From positions 32,001-96,000 of the forward strand of contig CAXTYC010000003.1 in assembly GCA_964248365.1 (NCBI GenBank): a stretch of DNA of 64,000 bases, in the 5' to 3' direction. How positions within the stretch are numbered: position 1 is the first letter of the stretch; each line of letters starts with the position of its first letter. Below are positions 1-11,107 of this stretch, piece after piece. Made by a program: the position numbers and the translations under genes. This DNA comes from an uncultured Chroococcidiopsis sp. GTDB taxonomy: Bacteria > Cyanobacteriota > Cyanobacteriia > Cyanobacteriales > Chroococcidiopsidaceae. The notes beneath the pieces are model-generated. The model ran no database searches. It worked only from the letters and a program-made list of their open reading frames with translations, and had not been told where the DNA came from.

Positions 1-1257
1 ATGGCATTTTCCCTAAATCGCTTTATTCAAAACGGGGGTAAACCGAGTGCGCTACTATCAGATATCGTCGAATCTGTCAAAGCATCAGGGGATTATGAGA
101 TTAGCATCAAGCTGAAAACGCCGTTTGCTGCATTTCCCTCGGTTTTGGCTTTCTCCGGTATGTGTGCCGTTTCCCCCAAAGCTTACGAAATTGGGACAGG
201 GAAATTCCTGCCTACTAAGTTTGTGGGAACTGGTCCTTACAAATTGGTACAGTTTACGCCGAATTTGGTCAGGATGGATGTTTTTGACAAGTATTGGGGG
301 GAAAAACCGCCAAATGGGGGCGTTGACTTTCAGATTGTCTCCAATGCCGCCAATCTTTATAATTCCTTCCGTACAGGGGCAGTGGATATTGCTTATCTTA
401 CATTCGATCCAGAGCAAGTTGAAAGTCTAAAACAGCAAGCCGCCTCGAATGGGTGGCAAGCAATTGAAGAAAAAAGCAATACAGTTACACATTTGATCCT
501 AAATGTCAAGCAACAGCCTTTGGATAATATAGCTGTTAGAGCTGCGATCGCATCGATGATAGATCGTCCACTTTTAACGGATCGGGTTTACAAAAAACAA
601 GCACAACCACTCTACAGCATGATACCCGATACGTTTTCGAGTTATAAACCAGTCTTTTTAACAAGTTTTGGTGACGGTAACGTAGATAAAGCAAAAGAAC
701 TCTTAGCAAAAGCAGGATATACCAAAGACAATCCTTTGAAACTACAGATAGCTTATCCGGCGTATTCACTCATTCGAGAGCAGATAGCCAGCACTTTAAG
801 AGAATATGCACTACAAAAACTCGAAGGAATAATTCAGATTCAACCGCAACCAGAAGAATCAGCCACCTTCTTTGCCAACCAATCAAAAGGAATTTATCAA
901 GCCATCTTGCAAGATTGGTATCCTGACTTCGGAGACGCTGACAACTATATTCAACCATTCTTGAGTTGTGCCAAAGGTAGTGATGCCAATGGCTGTGAGA
1001 AAGGAGCAAGTCAAAGCTTGGGATCGTATTACTATAGCGATCGCATGAACAAACTAATCTCTCAACAACGGTCTGAACAAAACCCCGCCAACCGTGAAAA
1101 AATCTTTACCCAAATCCAAGAACTCATAGCTCAAGATGTCCCTGCTGTTCCCATAGTTCAGAACAAAGACTACGCCTTTGCCCAAAAAAGTATCCAAAAC
1201 CTACAAATCGATCCAATCCTTAAATTACCTTTGTGGCAAGTTAAGAAAAGGGCTTAG
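1..1257 (+). CDS. ABC transporter peptide/nickel substrate-binding protein (DppA/OppA family), 5'-truncated by window edge
   Basis: SBP family 5 motifs (GTGPYKL, D.YWG, N..VR.AI...IDR, W.PDF.D.D); no signal peptide, so the N-terminus lies upstream of the window. Confidence 0.9.
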   Translation: MAFSLNRFIQNGGKPSALLSDIVESVKASGDYEISIKLKTPFAAFPSVLAFSGMCAVSPKAYEIGTGKFLPTKFVGTGPYKLVQFTPNLVRMDVFDKYWGEKPPNGGVDFQIVSNAANLYNSFRTGAVDIAYLTFDPEQVESLKQQAASNGWQAIEEKSNTVTHLILNVKQQPLDNIAVRAAIASMIDRPLLTDRVYKKQAQPLYSMIPDTFSSYKPVFLTSFGDGNVDKAKELLAKAGYTKDNPLKLQIAYPAYSLIREQIASTLREYALQKLEGIIQIQPQPEESATFFANQSKGIYQAILQDWYPDFGDADNYIQPFLSCAKGSDANGCEKGASQSLGSYYYSDRMNKLISQQRSEQNPANREKIFTQIQELIAQDVPAVPIVQNKDYAFAQKSIQNLQIDPILKLPLWQVKKRA

Positions 1258-1310
1258 GGAGAGTGGGAATCAGTGGGAATCAGGGGAGAGTGGGAATCAG
1301 GGGAGAGGGC
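1257..1310. repeat. Purine-rich short tandem repeat array (GGGAGAGT/GGGAATCA), left arm
   Basis: gggagagtgggaatcagtgggaatcaggggagagtgggaatcagggggagaggg; approximate reverse complement at 1728-1772. Confidence 0.85.
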
Positions 1311-1325
1311 AAGTTTAACTCTATC

Positions 1326-1698
1326 TCACTGATGGAAGTAACCAATCATGTTTACTAGTGTGCCTATTATTTGGTTGTACGTTCGATATAGTTCTCTACC
1401 TACCTCAACATCTAAATAGTTGCATTTAACAGCAAATTCCACCCAAGTCTGTGTTTCTGCCGCTTCTGCTTCACAATCACTCAACGAATGCTACAAAAGC
1501 TCCTTCATACCGACGCTTTCGCCATGCTTCAGCCAAATTTGCACAAACAGAACGCGAAGATATACGCATCTGATCGGTCAATGAATACCGCTCGTCAACA
1601 GGAAACTGCTTGGATAGCTCAAAAATCTGCATGGCAGAATCAAATGCCAATCGCTACACCTCCAAATCACGGTGACATTGAATTTGCTGGCGACTCAT
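1326..1698 (-). pseudogene. Four-helix-bundle protein (23S rRNA intervening-sequence / bAvd-like, TIGR02436-type) pseudogene
   Basis: Manual translation from ATG at 1698: MSRQQIQCHRDLEV*RLAFDSAMQIFELSKQFPVDERYSLTDQMRISSRSVCANLAEAWRKRRYEGAFVA, then a +1 frameshift near 1486, then LSDCEAEAAETQTWVEFAVKCNYLDVEVGRELYRTYNQIIGTLVNMI. Family motifs DL.V, FP..E.Y.LTDQ.R.SS.SV.AN.AE and E..T..E.A....Y are present; in-frame TAG at 1654-1656. Confidence 0.85.
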
Positions 1699-1727
1699 TT
1701 CAATTATTTAATCCAACACTTCTATTG

Positions 1728-1772
1728 TCCCACTCTCCCCCTCTCCCCTGATTCCCCCTCTCCCCCTCCCCC
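1728..1772. repeat. Pyrimidine-rich short tandem repeat array, right arm (inverse of 1257-1310)
   Basis: tcccactctccccctctcccctgattccccctctcccc. Confidence 0.8.
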
Positions 1773-1781
1773 ATCACTCAT

Positions 1782-2807
1782 ATGTCCCGCTCAAAATCCC
1801 TGCAATACTACATCCTCGCTCGTCTGCTGTTAGCACCACTGATGCTATTGACAATCGTCACCCTCGTGTTTTTGCTGCTACGGGCGACTCCAGGCGATCC
1901 CGTAGATGCTGTATTAGGTGGTCGCGCCCCTGATAGCGTTAAGCAAGAGTACCGAGAAAGATTAGGGCTATTAGATCCGTTGCCAATACAGTACATTCGT
2001 TATCTGGGAAGCTTACTGCGGCTTGACTTAGGATCTTCTATCACAAGCCAGGGTGAAGCCGTTTGGGATGTGATTGGGCAATATTTCCCAGCGACAGTCG
2101 AATTAGCAGTGTTTAGTATGGCGATCGCTCTATTTGTAGGTATCGGTGTGGGAATGCTTTCTGCTTCTCGCCCTAACTCCTGGCTAGATGTAGCAGGACG
2201 GCTATTTGGCATTATTACTTACGCCCTACCGTTGTTCTGGGTGGGGATGCTGGTACAATTGATCTTTGCTGTCCAGTTGCGGTTGTTTCCCATCGGTACA
2301 CGCTTTCCCACCTCCCTACCTGTACCACAAGGACCAACGGGACTATACACAGTCGATAGCCTTTTGAGTGGGAACTTAGCGCAGTTTTTTACAGCTTTGT
2401 ACTATTTATTTCTTCCTAGCCTGACGCTGGGAGTGCTGCTGAGTGGGATTTTTGAGCGAATTGTCCGTGTTAATCTCAGGCAAACTCTGCGATCTGATTA
2501 TGTCGAAGCAGCCCGTGCTAGAGGTATACCAGAAAGGCGGATTCTGTTTAACCACGCCCTGAAAAATGCCTTGATTCCAGTAATTACGATTTTGGGTTTG
2601 ACCTTTGCTTCCTTGCTAGGTGGAGCGATTTTGACTGAGGTAACATTTTCTTGGCCTGGGTTAGCAAATCGGCTATATGAAGCAATTTCGTTACGAGATT
2701 ACCCAACAGTGCAAGGAATCTTAATATTTTTTGGCGCGATCGTCGTGTTTGCCAGTATTATTATTGACATTCTCAATGCCTACATCGATCCGAGAATTCG
2801 GTATTAG
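1782..2807 (+). CDS. ABC transporter permease (DppB/OppB family)
   Basis: PGDPV, GL.DPL..QY, FPATVEL and EAA motif (DYVEAARARG); typical C-terminus DPRIRY. Confidence 0.93.
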   Translation: MSRSKSLQYYILARLLLAPLMLLTIVTLVFLLLRATPGDPVDAVLGGRAPDSVKQEYRERLGLLDPLPIQYIRYLGSLLRLDLGSSITSQGEAVWDVIGQYFPATVELAVFSMAIALFVGIGVGMLSASRPNSWLDVAGRLFGIITYALPLFWVGMLVQLIFAVQLRLFPIGTRFPTSLPVPQGPTGLYTVDSLLSGNLAQFFTALYYLFLPSLTLGVLLSGIFERIVRVNLRQTLRSDYVEAARARGIPERRILFNHALKNALIPVITILGLTFASLLGGAILTEVTFSWPGLANRLYEAISLRDYPTVQGILIFFGAIVVFASIIIDILNAYIDPRIRY

Positions 2808-2910
2808 CTATCAGCTATTAGCTTTTAGCAACAGAAATGCAAATGCAAAAGTTATCATACATACGGATATTCACAAAGCTAACCGTGTTCTCGCAACCGC
2901 TAATTGCTAA

Positions 2911-4332
2911 TTGATAAGTAAATTACAGCCTAGAAAAGAAAAAACAAAACGGCATCCGAACCTTTGGATTGAACGAGTAATGGCGCTCGTAGCCACTGTA
3001 AACTTAGGTTTGGTGCTGTTTGACTTGAGTTATGTTCCCTGGCGCAATTTCTATCTGAAATATTTTCCCTCCCTTACCCACGTATACGATCCAGTTAAGG
3101 GTATTGAACCTCATCGGGAAACCCAAAACTATTTAAACACGGTTCAGGCGCTAGAGCAGCAGGTAAAGCAGACGGGTTTACAGTCGCCTCAAACAGATGC
3201 CTTGCTTGACCAACTGCGCCGTCTGAGTGCGGAAATGATTGATACTAATCCATTTGCAGCGGCAAATAAAACTGGGACGCTGGAGAAAATCAAAAACCGA
3301 ATGCGCGATCGCATTGGTCAAGAATCTTCTCGTCAAGCATTTACTGTTTTTTGGAGTCAACCGCATCTATCAAACGGCAGATATCAACAAGAAATTGAGT
3401 TTTTCAAGCAAAATATTCAGCCTTTGATGGCAACCAATTACTACCGTAAGATCGGAGAAAATGGGGAATTTATTGACAATTTCTGGCTGATTGACTTGCC
3501 GTTCACCGTTATATTTGGTTTAGATTACTTAGCTCGGATCTGGACAATCAAACGCCGCCATACCTCTTTCAGTTGGCTAGATGCAATGATATGGCGCTGG
3601 TACGACATTTTCCTGCTCCTACCTTTTTGGCGGTGGCTGCGGATTATACCCGTGCTGATTCGACTGGACGAAGCTAAATTATTACATCTATATCCGCTCA
3701 GGCAACAACTTCATCGAGGCATTGTAGCGAATTTTGCCTCGGAATTGACCGAAGTAGTATTGATTAGAGTTATTAATCAATTGCAACAGTCAATTGTGCA
3801 AGGTGAGTTAATCCGCTGGCTGTTTCAAAGTGGCAGGCGACCGTATATAGATATAAATAATATTAATGAAGTGGAAGCGATCGCCACAATACTAGTAAAT
3901 TTGATCGTCTATCAAGTACTACCCCAAATTCAGCCTGATTTAGAAGCTATCCTACGCCACAACATTGCAACCACCCTCAATCAATCCCCACTGTATCGCG
4001 GTGTACAGAATATACCAGGAATAGGAAATGTGCCTCAAGAACTGAGTGAGCAATTAGCCCACTCGATTGCCCAAAATATTTACTCTGCCATCGTCGCAGC
4101 TGTAGAAGATCCAGTAGGAGCAAAAATATCCAGTCAGCTAGTGCAACACTTTAGCGAAGCTTTGGGCGCGCAAGTGCAAAAGCAACAAACTCTAGAGCGA
4201 ATTCAAGTACTGCTTTGTGACTTTTTAGAGGAAGTCAAAATTAATTACGTAAAACGGCTGGCGCAGGAGGATGTCGAAAAAGTGCTGGAACAAACCAGAC
4301 ACTTACGCCAGCAAGCAATCAACAGAGGCTAG
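2911..4332 (+). CDS. Conserved cyanobacterial hypothetical membrane protein
   Basis: 473-aa ORF with hydrophobic segments and an ion-transport-like RWYD..LLLPFWRWLRII motif; TTG start uncertain. Confidence 0.7.
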   Translation: MISKLQPRKEKTKRHPNLWIERVMALVATVNLGLVLFDLSYVPWRNFYLKYFPSLTHVYDPVKGIEPHRETQNYLNTVQALEQQVKQTGLQSPQTDALLDQLRRLSAEMIDTNPFAAANKTGTLEKIKNRMRDRIGQESSRQAFTVFWSQPHLSNGRYQQEIEFFKQNIQPLMATNYYRKIGENGEFIDNFWLIDLPFTVIFGLDYLARIWTIKRRHTSFSWLDAMIWRWYDIFLLLPFWRWLRIIPVLIRLDEAKLLHLYPLRQQLHRGIVANFASELTEVVLIRVINQLQQSIVQGELIRWLFQSGRRPYIDINNINEVEAIATILVNLIVYQVLPQIQPDLEAILRHNIATTLNQSPLYRGVQNIPGIGNVPQELSEQLAHSIAQNIYSAIVAAVEDPVGAKISSQLVQHFSEALGAQVQKQQTLERIQVLLCDFLEEVKINYVKRLAQEDVEKVLEQTRHLRQQAINRG

Positions 4333-4467
4333 GGACTAGGGGCTAGGGGCTAGGGAAAGGACAAGGGGAGGGGGTGACAGGGAGAGGGGGGAAGCCCAGA
4401 GTAATTATCACCTTGTCGGGTTGTCCTAACTTCACCCCTAGTCCCTAGTCCCTAGCCCCTAGTCCCT
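4329..4467. repeat. Nested inverted STRR arrays (CTAGGGG/CCCTAGT outer, GACAAGG/CCTTGTC inner)
   Basis: Heptamer arrays in opposite orientation on either side of a short spacer. Confidence 0.85.
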
Positions 4468-4584
4468 CCTGATGCGTTACACTCAAAATTAGCGGCGAAG
4501 CAAAACTGTTTCGTCTGTGGGCTTCTTGAAAAAAATAGTTTTTCTCAGGAAGTGGGTAACGACCCGCTTTTTTTGTGTCTTACA

Positions 4585-5046
4585 ATGGCTCATCCTTTAA
4601 TTCCACAAATTATTGACTTGGCGACACCTGTAGCAGAAAGCCTGGGGTTGGAAATCGTTGGAGCGGTTTTTCATACTAACCAACGTCCGCCAGTTCTGCG
4701 CGTCGATATTCGCAATCCCTCTCAAGACACGGGGTTAGATGATTGTGAGCGGATGAGCCGTGCTTTAGAACCAGCTTTAGATGCAGCGGACATCATTCCC
4801 GACGCTTACGTTTTAGAGATTTCTAGTCCTGGGATATCGCGGCAGTTAATTACTGACCGAGAGTTTATCTCCTTCAAAGGATTTACCGTAGTAGTTAATA
4901 CTTCACAACCCTACGAAGGTCAGCCCCAGTGGACAGGACAGCTGATCAAACGGGATGAAAACGCAGTTTACTTAAACCAAAAAGGTCGAGCAGTTGCCAT
5001 TCCCCGCTCTCTCATCACCAGGGTGCAACTCGAAGAACGCCGCTAA
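4585..5046 (+). CDS. rimP: Ribosome maturation factor RimP
   Basis: LRVDI, LDDCE.MSR, Y.LEISSPG..R.L motifs; directly upstream of nusA; start moved to ATG 4585. Confidence 0.95.
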   Translation: MAHPLIPQIIDLATPVAESLGLEIVGAVFHTNQRPPVLRVDIRNPSQDTGLDDCERMSRALEPALDAADIIPDAYVLEISSPGISRQLITDREFISFKGFTVVVNTSQPYEGQPQWTGQLIKRDENAVYLNQKGRAVAIPRSLITRVQLEERR

Positions 5047-5211
5047 CTAGGGGCTAGGGGCTAGGGGCTAGAGGAACTAGAAGAGGACAAGGGGGCAAGG
5101 GGACAAGGGGACAAGGGGACAATTACCTTTTACCTTTTCCCTTTTCCCTTTTCCCTTTTCCCCTTTCCCCTTCCTAGTCCCTAGTCCCTAGCCCCTAGTC
5201 CGTAGCCCCTA
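5047..5211. repeat. Nested inverted STRR arrays between rimP and nusA
   Basis: (CTAGGGG)n,(GACAAGGG)n ... (CCTTTTC)n,(CCTAGTC)n. Confidence 0.85.
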
Positions 5212-5231
5212 ATTAATAAAGAGGTTTATTT

Positions 5232-6509
5232 ATGTCAATGGTTAGTTTGCCAGGTCTGAAAGACTTAATTGAAAATATTAGTCGTGAGCGTAATTTACCT
5301 CGTCTTGCCGTGCAATCAGCGCTCCGAGAAGCTCTAATCAAAGGTTATGAGCGTTTTCGGCGGGCGCAAAATATGGAGAAAAAGCATTTTGATGAAGAAT
5401 ACTTTGACAACTTTGAAGTCGAGCTAGACGTAGAAGAAGAAGGCTTTCGCGTCCTTGCCACCAAAAATATTGTGCAAGAAGTAACCAACTCCGACCATCA
5501 AATTTCTCTGGATGAAGTTCAGGAATTTGCAGGTGATGCAGCCCAGCTTGGTGACTCGGTAGTTGTGGATGTTACCCCAGACCAAGGGGAATTTGGTCGC
5601 ATGGCAGCAATGCAAACCAAGCAGGTACTGGCGCAAAAGCTCCGTGACCAGCAGCGGCAAATGGTTCAAGAAGAATTCCAAGATTTAGAAGGAACTGTAC
5701 TGCAAGCTAGAGTCTTGCGGTTTGAACGCCAATCAGTTATAATGGCAGTAAGTAGCGGTTTTGGTCAGCCGGAGGTAGAAGCCGAGTTACCCAAGCGGGA
5801 ACAACTGCCCAACGACAACTACCGAGCTAATGCTACTTTTAAGGTTTATCTAAAAAAAGTTTCCCAAGGTCAGCAACGCGGTCCACAATTATTAGTTTCC
5901 AGGGCTGACGCTGGTTTAGTAGTTTATCTATTCGCCAACGAAGTACCAGAAATAGAAGATGAAGTTGTGCGAATTGTTGCCGTAGCGCGGGAAGCTAATC
6001 CGCCCTCTCGTCATGTTGGTCCTCGGACTAAAATCGCAGTTGATACCTTAGATCGAGATGTAGACCCAGTGGGAGCCTGTATCGGGGCGAGAGGATCGCG
6101 CATTCAAGTAGTGGTCAACGAATTGCGCGGTGAAAAGATTGACGTGATTCGATGGTCTCCTGACCCAGCTACATATATTGCTAATGCTTTGAGTCCCGCT
6201 AGAGTTGATGAAGTGCGTTTGATGGAGCCAGAAACTCGTCAAACTCATGTATTAGTTGCTGAAGATCAGTTAAGTTTGGCAATTGGTAAAGAAGGACAAA
6301 ATGTTCGTCTAGCTGCTCGCTTGACTGGTTGGAAAATTGACATCAAAGACCGAGCCAAGTATGACTATGAAGGTGAAACGGCTAAGTTTGCAGCACTAGC
6401 AGCTCAATATCAGGCACAAGCAGCCCTTGAGGAGCAAGAACAACCGGAGGATGAAGAGGATCAAGATCAAGAGCCTCAATTCGAGGAAGTGCTTGAAGCA
6501 ACAGAATAA
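5232..6509 (+). CDS. nusA: Transcription termination/antitermination factor NusA
   Basis: [13 protein letters not shown]1 and KH domains ([39 protein letters not shown]). Confidence 0.98.
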   Translation: MSMVSLPGLKDLIENISRERNLPRLAVQSALREALIKGYERFRRAQNMEKKHFDEEYFDNFEVELDVEEEGFRVLATKNIVQEVTNSDHQISLDEVQEFAGDAAQLGDSVVVDVTPDQGEFGRMAAMQTKQVLAQKLRDQQRQMVQEEFQDLEGTVLQARVLRFERQSVIMAVSSGFGQPEVEAELPKREQLPNDNYRANATFKVYLKKVSQGQQRGPQLLVSRADAGLVVYLFANEVPEIEDEVVRIVAVAREANPPSRHVGPRTKIAVDTLDRDVDPVGACIGARGSRIQVVVNELRGEKIDVIRWSPDPATYIANALSPARVDEVRLMEPETRQTHVLVAEDQLSLAIGKEGQNVRLAARLTGWKIDIKDRAKYDYEGETAKFAALAAQYQAQAALEEQEQPEDEEDQDQEPQFEEVLEATE

Positions 6510-6661
6510 AACGCACAGCGCGTAATTTTGAGGGGTGAGGGGTGAAGGTTGAAGGTTGAAGGATAAAGGTTGAAGGTTGAAATTTCATACTTCTAACTTC
6601 ATACTTCTAACTTCTTTTGCCCCTAGCCCCTGCGCCTTTGCCTCTAGCCCCTAAATTCTGT

Positions 6662-6934
6662 ATGAAACCTAACTATCGGCGCTGTATAAGTTGCACTCAG
6701 GTAGCATTGAAAACAGAGTTTTGGCGAATTGTCCGCATCAATTCGTCGGGACAGTTACAATTAGATCAGGGGATGGGGCGTTCTGCCTATATTTGTCCCC
6801 AAGCTAGTTGTTTGCAACTGGCTCAGAAAAAAAATCGCCTTGGGCGATCGCTGCGGGTAAAGGCAATACCAGAAACAATATATCAAACTTTATGGCAGCG
6901 CCTATCCACACCACCCAACAGCGAAGCAACATAA
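6662..6934 (+). CDS. ylxR: YlxR/DUF448 RNA-binding protein
   Basis: RRCISC ... GRSAYIC motifs; conserved nusA-ylxR-infB order; start at ATG 6662. Confidence 0.92.
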   Translation: MKPNYRRCISCTQVALKTEFWRIVRINSSGQLQLDQGMGRSAYICPQASCLQLAQKKNRLGRSLRVKAIPETIYQTLWQRLSTPPNSEAT

Positions 6935-7353
6935 ACTGTGTACTATGCCCAAGCTTCAACGCCTTAGACAACGCCATTTCATGAAGAATTTAAGAAATTT
7001 TGGCATTTAGGCAACTCTAAACGTTATCAGCAGATGATAATTACTGCTGTAATAGAGTTAGTGTCAAAATAGTAAATGGGTAAAAATAACCCCCATAACC
7101 AAGCGCGCTCATCAAAGCATTTTTCTGTAGGTTGGTGCAAGATCAAAAAAACTGGGCAAATAATCGTAATCCGGCTTATTGGGCGCCCAGACTCCAAGCG
7201 CGTGACTATTTCACTAAAAAAACATCTTTTTTTCTGATTCGGAGGTAAGACAAGCAACTATAACGGTAACTCATCATACAGAACTCGGAGGATGGAGATG
7301 TAGTAAATCAGTCAACCATCCAGTTATTGCTGGTAGGTAAAGGGGAAGAGTGG

Positions 7354-10300
7354 ATGAACAACGGCAAAGTAAGAATTTACGATCTATCAAAGGAATTGAA
7401 TTTGGATAACAAAGAGCTTTTAGCCATTTGCGACCAGCTCGATATTGCAGTGAAAAGCCATAGCAGCACAATCACCGAAGGTGAGGCAGAGCGAATCCGC
7501 AAAGCAGCAGAAAAACAAATTGCTACCATGCCAGCCTCTAATAAAGAATCAACTGCCAACAACAATAAACCAAACTCACAACAAGTAACAACCAAAGCGA
7601 AACCAAGACCACAAATCGTGCCAAACAAACAACAAATCTTGGAAATTCGTAAACCTAAAAATTTAGACCGCTCCAATCCAAATTTCCCAGAAGCTCCAGC
7701 TGCCGTAGCGCCCCCACCAGTCCGCCCCGTAGCTACTACACCTCCGGCGGCGCGGACGGCAGTACCAAATGAATCAGACCGTCCTCCCATTGAGGCACAA
7801 ACAAATTTAGCAGGTGCTAAAACAGATACTGCTAATGGTAATCGAAACGAACCACCAGCAGTTTCATCTGGGGCTAAGCAGCCAGAACGCCCGCGACTAT
7901 CTTCGCCGCCAAGTAGACCTGCCCCTGTTGGAGCTTCAATTGGGGGCGTAACTAGAGCAGAGCGACCGATTCTCAAGCGCGAGCAAGTCACTCCTCAACC
8001 TAGCCAGCCGACAGAAACACCTACGGTGGCTAAAGGAGAAAAGCCAGCTCGTCGCTCACCAACAGCCCCAAGCTCGGAGCCAGTAGCGAGCAAGCCCAAA
8101 CCTGTTGTAGAACTACAACGCCCCAAACCAGTGAGGACAAACGAACCAGTCACTGCCATTGCGCCCGTTCGCTCAAAAGCAGGTGTAGGGGTTCAACCAG
8201 GCGCAGTTGATGAAGACGAAGTAGTAGATGGTGCAGTAGAAATATCTGATGCACAACCCCTACTAAAACGTCCATCGCTGCCTCGCCTAGTGGGTAAAGG
8301 CGGCAAAAAATGGCAAGAAGAAGAAATTGACGAAGGACAAGATTCAGTCAAGGCGGGTAAGGCAGGCACTAAGGCAAAACGCCTGAAGCCAATGATCGAT
8401 CTAGAAGATGAAGAAGAATTGAATGATGATGAGCTAGATATATACGCTCCCATCCAAGTCAGCTTGTCTGTAGCTCGTCCGCCCAAACAAAAGGCTGTAG
8501 GTCGTCCAGGGCAAACAGCCCCAGCAGCAGCGGCTGTCTTACCAGGAACTGCGGTTAGAAGTAAAAAGTTTGGGAGTTCCAAGGAAAACCGACGAGGGCG
8601 CGAACCAGAACAGAAGCGCGAACGCCCAGAAAAGCTGGTAGTAACGGGCAACATGACCCTGCAAGAACTAGCTGAAGCTTTGGCAACGCCGGATACAGAA
8701 ATCGTCAAAATCCTGTTCCTCAAAGGCATGGCGGTAAGTATCACCCAAAACTTGGATATTCCCACAATTACCTTGGTAGCCAACGAGTTGGGAGTCGAAG
8801 TTGAAACCGCTGAGCCAGAAGCGGAAGCGCGGAAAGTTACAGAAATGGTGGATGCAGCAGACCTGGAAAGTCTCCAACCTCGTCCGCCAGTGGTGACAAT
8901 CATGGGTCACGTAGATCACGGTAAAACTACCCTGCTCGATGCGATTCGCAAAACAAAAGTCGCTCAAGGCGAAGCAGGCGGTATTACCCAGCATATTGGA
9001 GCTTACCACGTTGATGTAGAAAACGATGGTCAAATCCAACAGGTGGTATTCCTAGATACTCCAGGTCACGAAGCCTTCACAGCTATGCGGGCGCGGGGAG
9101 CGCGAGTTACAGACATCGCAATACTTGTGGTAGCAGCTGATGATGGTGTACGTCCCCAAACTGTAGAAGCGATTAGCCATGCCCAAGCTGCCCAAGTGCC
9201 AATTATTGTGGCAATCAACAAAATTGATAAAGAAGGCGCTCAGCCGGATCGGGTGAAACAAGAGCTAACGCAGTATAACTTGACTCCAGAAGAATGGGGT
9301 GGAGATACGATTATGGTTCCCGTCAGCGCGCTCAAGGGAGAAAACCTAGACTCGCTGCTGGAGATGATTCTGCTGGTGGCAGAGGTAGAAGACCTGTATG
9401 CTAACCCAGATCGTCTAGCAAAAGGAACGGTAATCGAAGCTCATCTGGATAAGGCAAAAGGACCAGTTGCTACGCTGTTAATTCAGAATGGTACGCTCAG
9501 AGTGGGTGATACCCTCGTGGCAGGCTCTGCCTTTGGTAAGGTAAGGGCAATGGTTGACGACCGAGGGCAGAGAGTCGAAGCCGCTAGTCCATCCTTTGCC
9601 GTAGAAGTACTCGGCTTGAGTGATGTGCCAGCAGCTGGGGATGAGTTCGAGGTCTACCAAAACGAAAAAGAAGCCAGGGCGATCGCCAGCGACAGAGCAG
9701 ACAAACAACGTCAATCTCGTCTGTTGCACGGACGCGCTACCCTCACCACCTTGTCCGCTCAAGCTCAAGAAGGCGAGTTGAAAGAACTCAACTTGATCCT
9801 CAAGGCAGACGTACAAGGTTCATTAGAAGCCATCATTGGAGCGCTCAAACAACTGCCACAAAACGAAGTACAAATTCGGATGTTGTTAGCTGCACCTGGG
9901 GAAATCACCGAAACAGATATCGACCTAGCAGCCGCCAGTAACGCAGTGATCATCGGATTCAACACCACCCTTGCCAGCGGAGCTAGACAAGCCGCTGATG
10001 AAGCTGGGGTAGATGTACGCGAATACGATATCATCTACAAGCTGCTAGAAGACATCCAAGGCGCGCTAGAAGGTCTTCTAGAGCCAGAATTGGTGGAAGA
10101 ACCACTAGGTCAAGTCGAAGTGCGTCAAGTCTTCCCCGTCGGAAGGGGCAAAATTGCTGGCTGTTACGTCCTGTCTGGCAAAGTAGTGCGTAACTGTAAA
10201 GTGCGGATCAAACGAGGCAGTAAGGTGATCTATGAAGGTACACTCGACTCGCTCAAACGCATGAAAGAGGATGCCCGCGAAGTCAACGCCGGATATGAGT

Positions 10301-10401
10301 GCGGTATCGGCATTGATAAATTCAATGACTGGGTAGAGGGCGACATCATCGAAGCCTACCAAATGGTAACGAAGCGCCGCACCCTCTCAGCTACCAAGTA
10401 G
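7354..10401 (+). CDS. infB: Translation initiation factor IF-2
   Basis: [34 protein letters not shown] GTPase motifs; long Pro-rich cyanobacterial N-terminus. Confidence 0.99.
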   Translation: MNNGKVRIYDLSKELNLDNKELLAICDQLDIAVKSHSSTITEGEAERIRKAAEKQIATMPASNKESTANNNKPNSQQVTTKAKPRPQIVPNKQQILEIRKPKNLDRSNPNFPEAPAAVAPPPVRPVATTPPAARTAVPNESDRPPIEAQTNLAGAKTDTANGNRNEPPAVSSGAKQPERPRLSSPPSRPAPVGASIGGVTRAERPILKREQVTPQPSQPTETPTVAKGEKPARRSPTAPSSEPVASKPKPVVELQRPKPVRTNEPVTAIAPVRSKAGVGVQPGAVDEDEVVDGAVEISDAQPLLKRPSLPRLVGKGGKKWQEEEIDEGQDSVKAGKAGTKAKRLKPMIDLEDEEELNDDELDIYAPIQVSLSVARPPKQKAVGRPGQTAPAAAAVLPGTAVRSKKFGSSKENRRGREPEQKRERPEKLVVTGNMTLQELAEALATPDTEIVKILFLKGMAVSITQNLDIPTITLVANELGVEVETAEPEAEARKVTEMVDAADLESLQPRPPVVTIMGHVDHGKTTLLDAIRKTKVAQGEAGGITQHIGAYHVDVENDGQIQQVVFLDTPGHEAFTAMRARGARVTDIAILVVAADDGVRPQTVEAISHAQAAQVPIIVAINKIDKEGAQPDRVKQELTQYNLTPEEWGGDTIMVPVSALKGENLDSLLEMILLVAEVEDLYANPDRLAKGTVIEAHLDKAKGPVATLLIQNGTLRVGDTLVAGSAFGKVRAMVDDRGQRVEAASPSFAVEVLGLSDVPAAGDEFEVYQNEKEARAIASDRADKQRQSRLLHGRATLTTLSAQAQEGELKELNLILKADVQGSLEAIIGALKQLPQNEVQIRMLLAAPGEITETDIDLAAASNAVIIGFNTTLASGARQAADEAGVDVREYDIIYKLLEDIQGALEGLLEPELVEEPLGQVEVRQVFPVGRGKIAGCYVLSGKVVRNCKVRIKRGSKVIYEGTLDSLKRMKEDAREVNAGYECGIGIDKFNDWVEGDIIEAYQMVTKRRTLSATK

Positions 10402-10406
10402 TGATT

Positions 10407-10481
10407 AGTGGAACCAGTGACTAGTGACTAGAAAAACCAGCCACTGGTTCCACTGGTTCCACTGGTTCCACTGGTTCCACT
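10407..10481. repeat. 9-mer tandem repeat (CCACTGGTT)x4 with an inverted copy upstream
   Basis: ccactggtt x4 plus a partial unit at 10441-10481; agtggaaccagtg at 10407-10419. Confidence 0.85.
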
Positions 10482-10487
10482 ACCTAT

Positions 10488-11087
10488 ATGCGCTCATTTT
10501 GGTCTGAACCAATCTTGTGGATTCATTTAGCTGGGCTAGCAACGCTGCCCATTTTTTTAGAAATCTGCTTGTTAGGATTGGCTGTAGGCGATCCCGTCTT
10601 ACCAGTGTGGTTAGAATTTTCTCTGGTTGCTGCTATTGGTGTTGTACCAGTGTTGTGGGTACAACTGCGGCGACCTTTTTCCATCTTCGCTATCATTGGG
10701 CTAGCCCAAAAGCCAGAACAGCTAAGTGAGCAGCAAAGAAAAATTCTTAGCCGAATTAATACTGGGGCAAATCGGCTGCTAGCAGTAGGGGCAGCTATAT
10801 TTTTAATGGTAGTATTATGGCAGCTCTATAGAGTTGCCCCAGTTGGCACAACTGTTACCCCATTTCCACCCACATGGCGATGGGCAGGATTACTGATAGC
10901 AGGATTAGCTTTTTTAGCTAGCAATATATTTTTACAAATTCCTGTCAGTGTGGCACGAGTTTTCGTTACCAGCGAAACAGAATTTGCCGCTACAAAACCT
11001 TATCCTTTAGAAAGAATACCTGAAGATTTTACTATTGTAGGATTGCAGGTAGATCAAATATTGCCCCCACTACAATCAGACGGTTAA
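10488..11087 (+). CDS. Cyanobacterial 'low-complexity tail' membrane protein
   Basis: SEP.LWIHLAGLA..P..L..C...LAVGDP start and LASN.FLQIPVSV; four predicted TM helices; usual position after infB. Confidence 0.8.
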   Translation: MRSFWSEPILWIHLAGLATLPIFLEICLLGLAVGDPVLPVWLEFSLVAAIGVVPVLWVQLRRPFSIFAIIGLAQKPEQLSEQQRKILSRINTGANRLLAVGAAIFLMVVLWQLYRVAPVGTTVTPFPPTWRWAGLLIAGLAFLASNIFLQIPVSVARVFVTSETEFAATKPYPLERIPEDFTIVGLQVDQILPPLQSDG

Positions 11088-11107
11088 ACCGCAAGCAATG
11101 AGGAATT

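Noticed and set aside
1488..1751. 87-aa plus-strand ORF
   Set aside because: Shadow of the minus-strand four-helix-bundle pseudogene; ends in repeat-derived sequence
7377..8903. Long antisense ORFs (204 and 236 aa) opposite infB
   Set aside because: Typical shadow ORFs of a low-complexity, codon-biased gene
10441..10481. Tandem repeats as a CRISPR array
   Set aside because: No spacers, 7-9-nt units, no cas genes; no CRISPR array seen anywhere in the window
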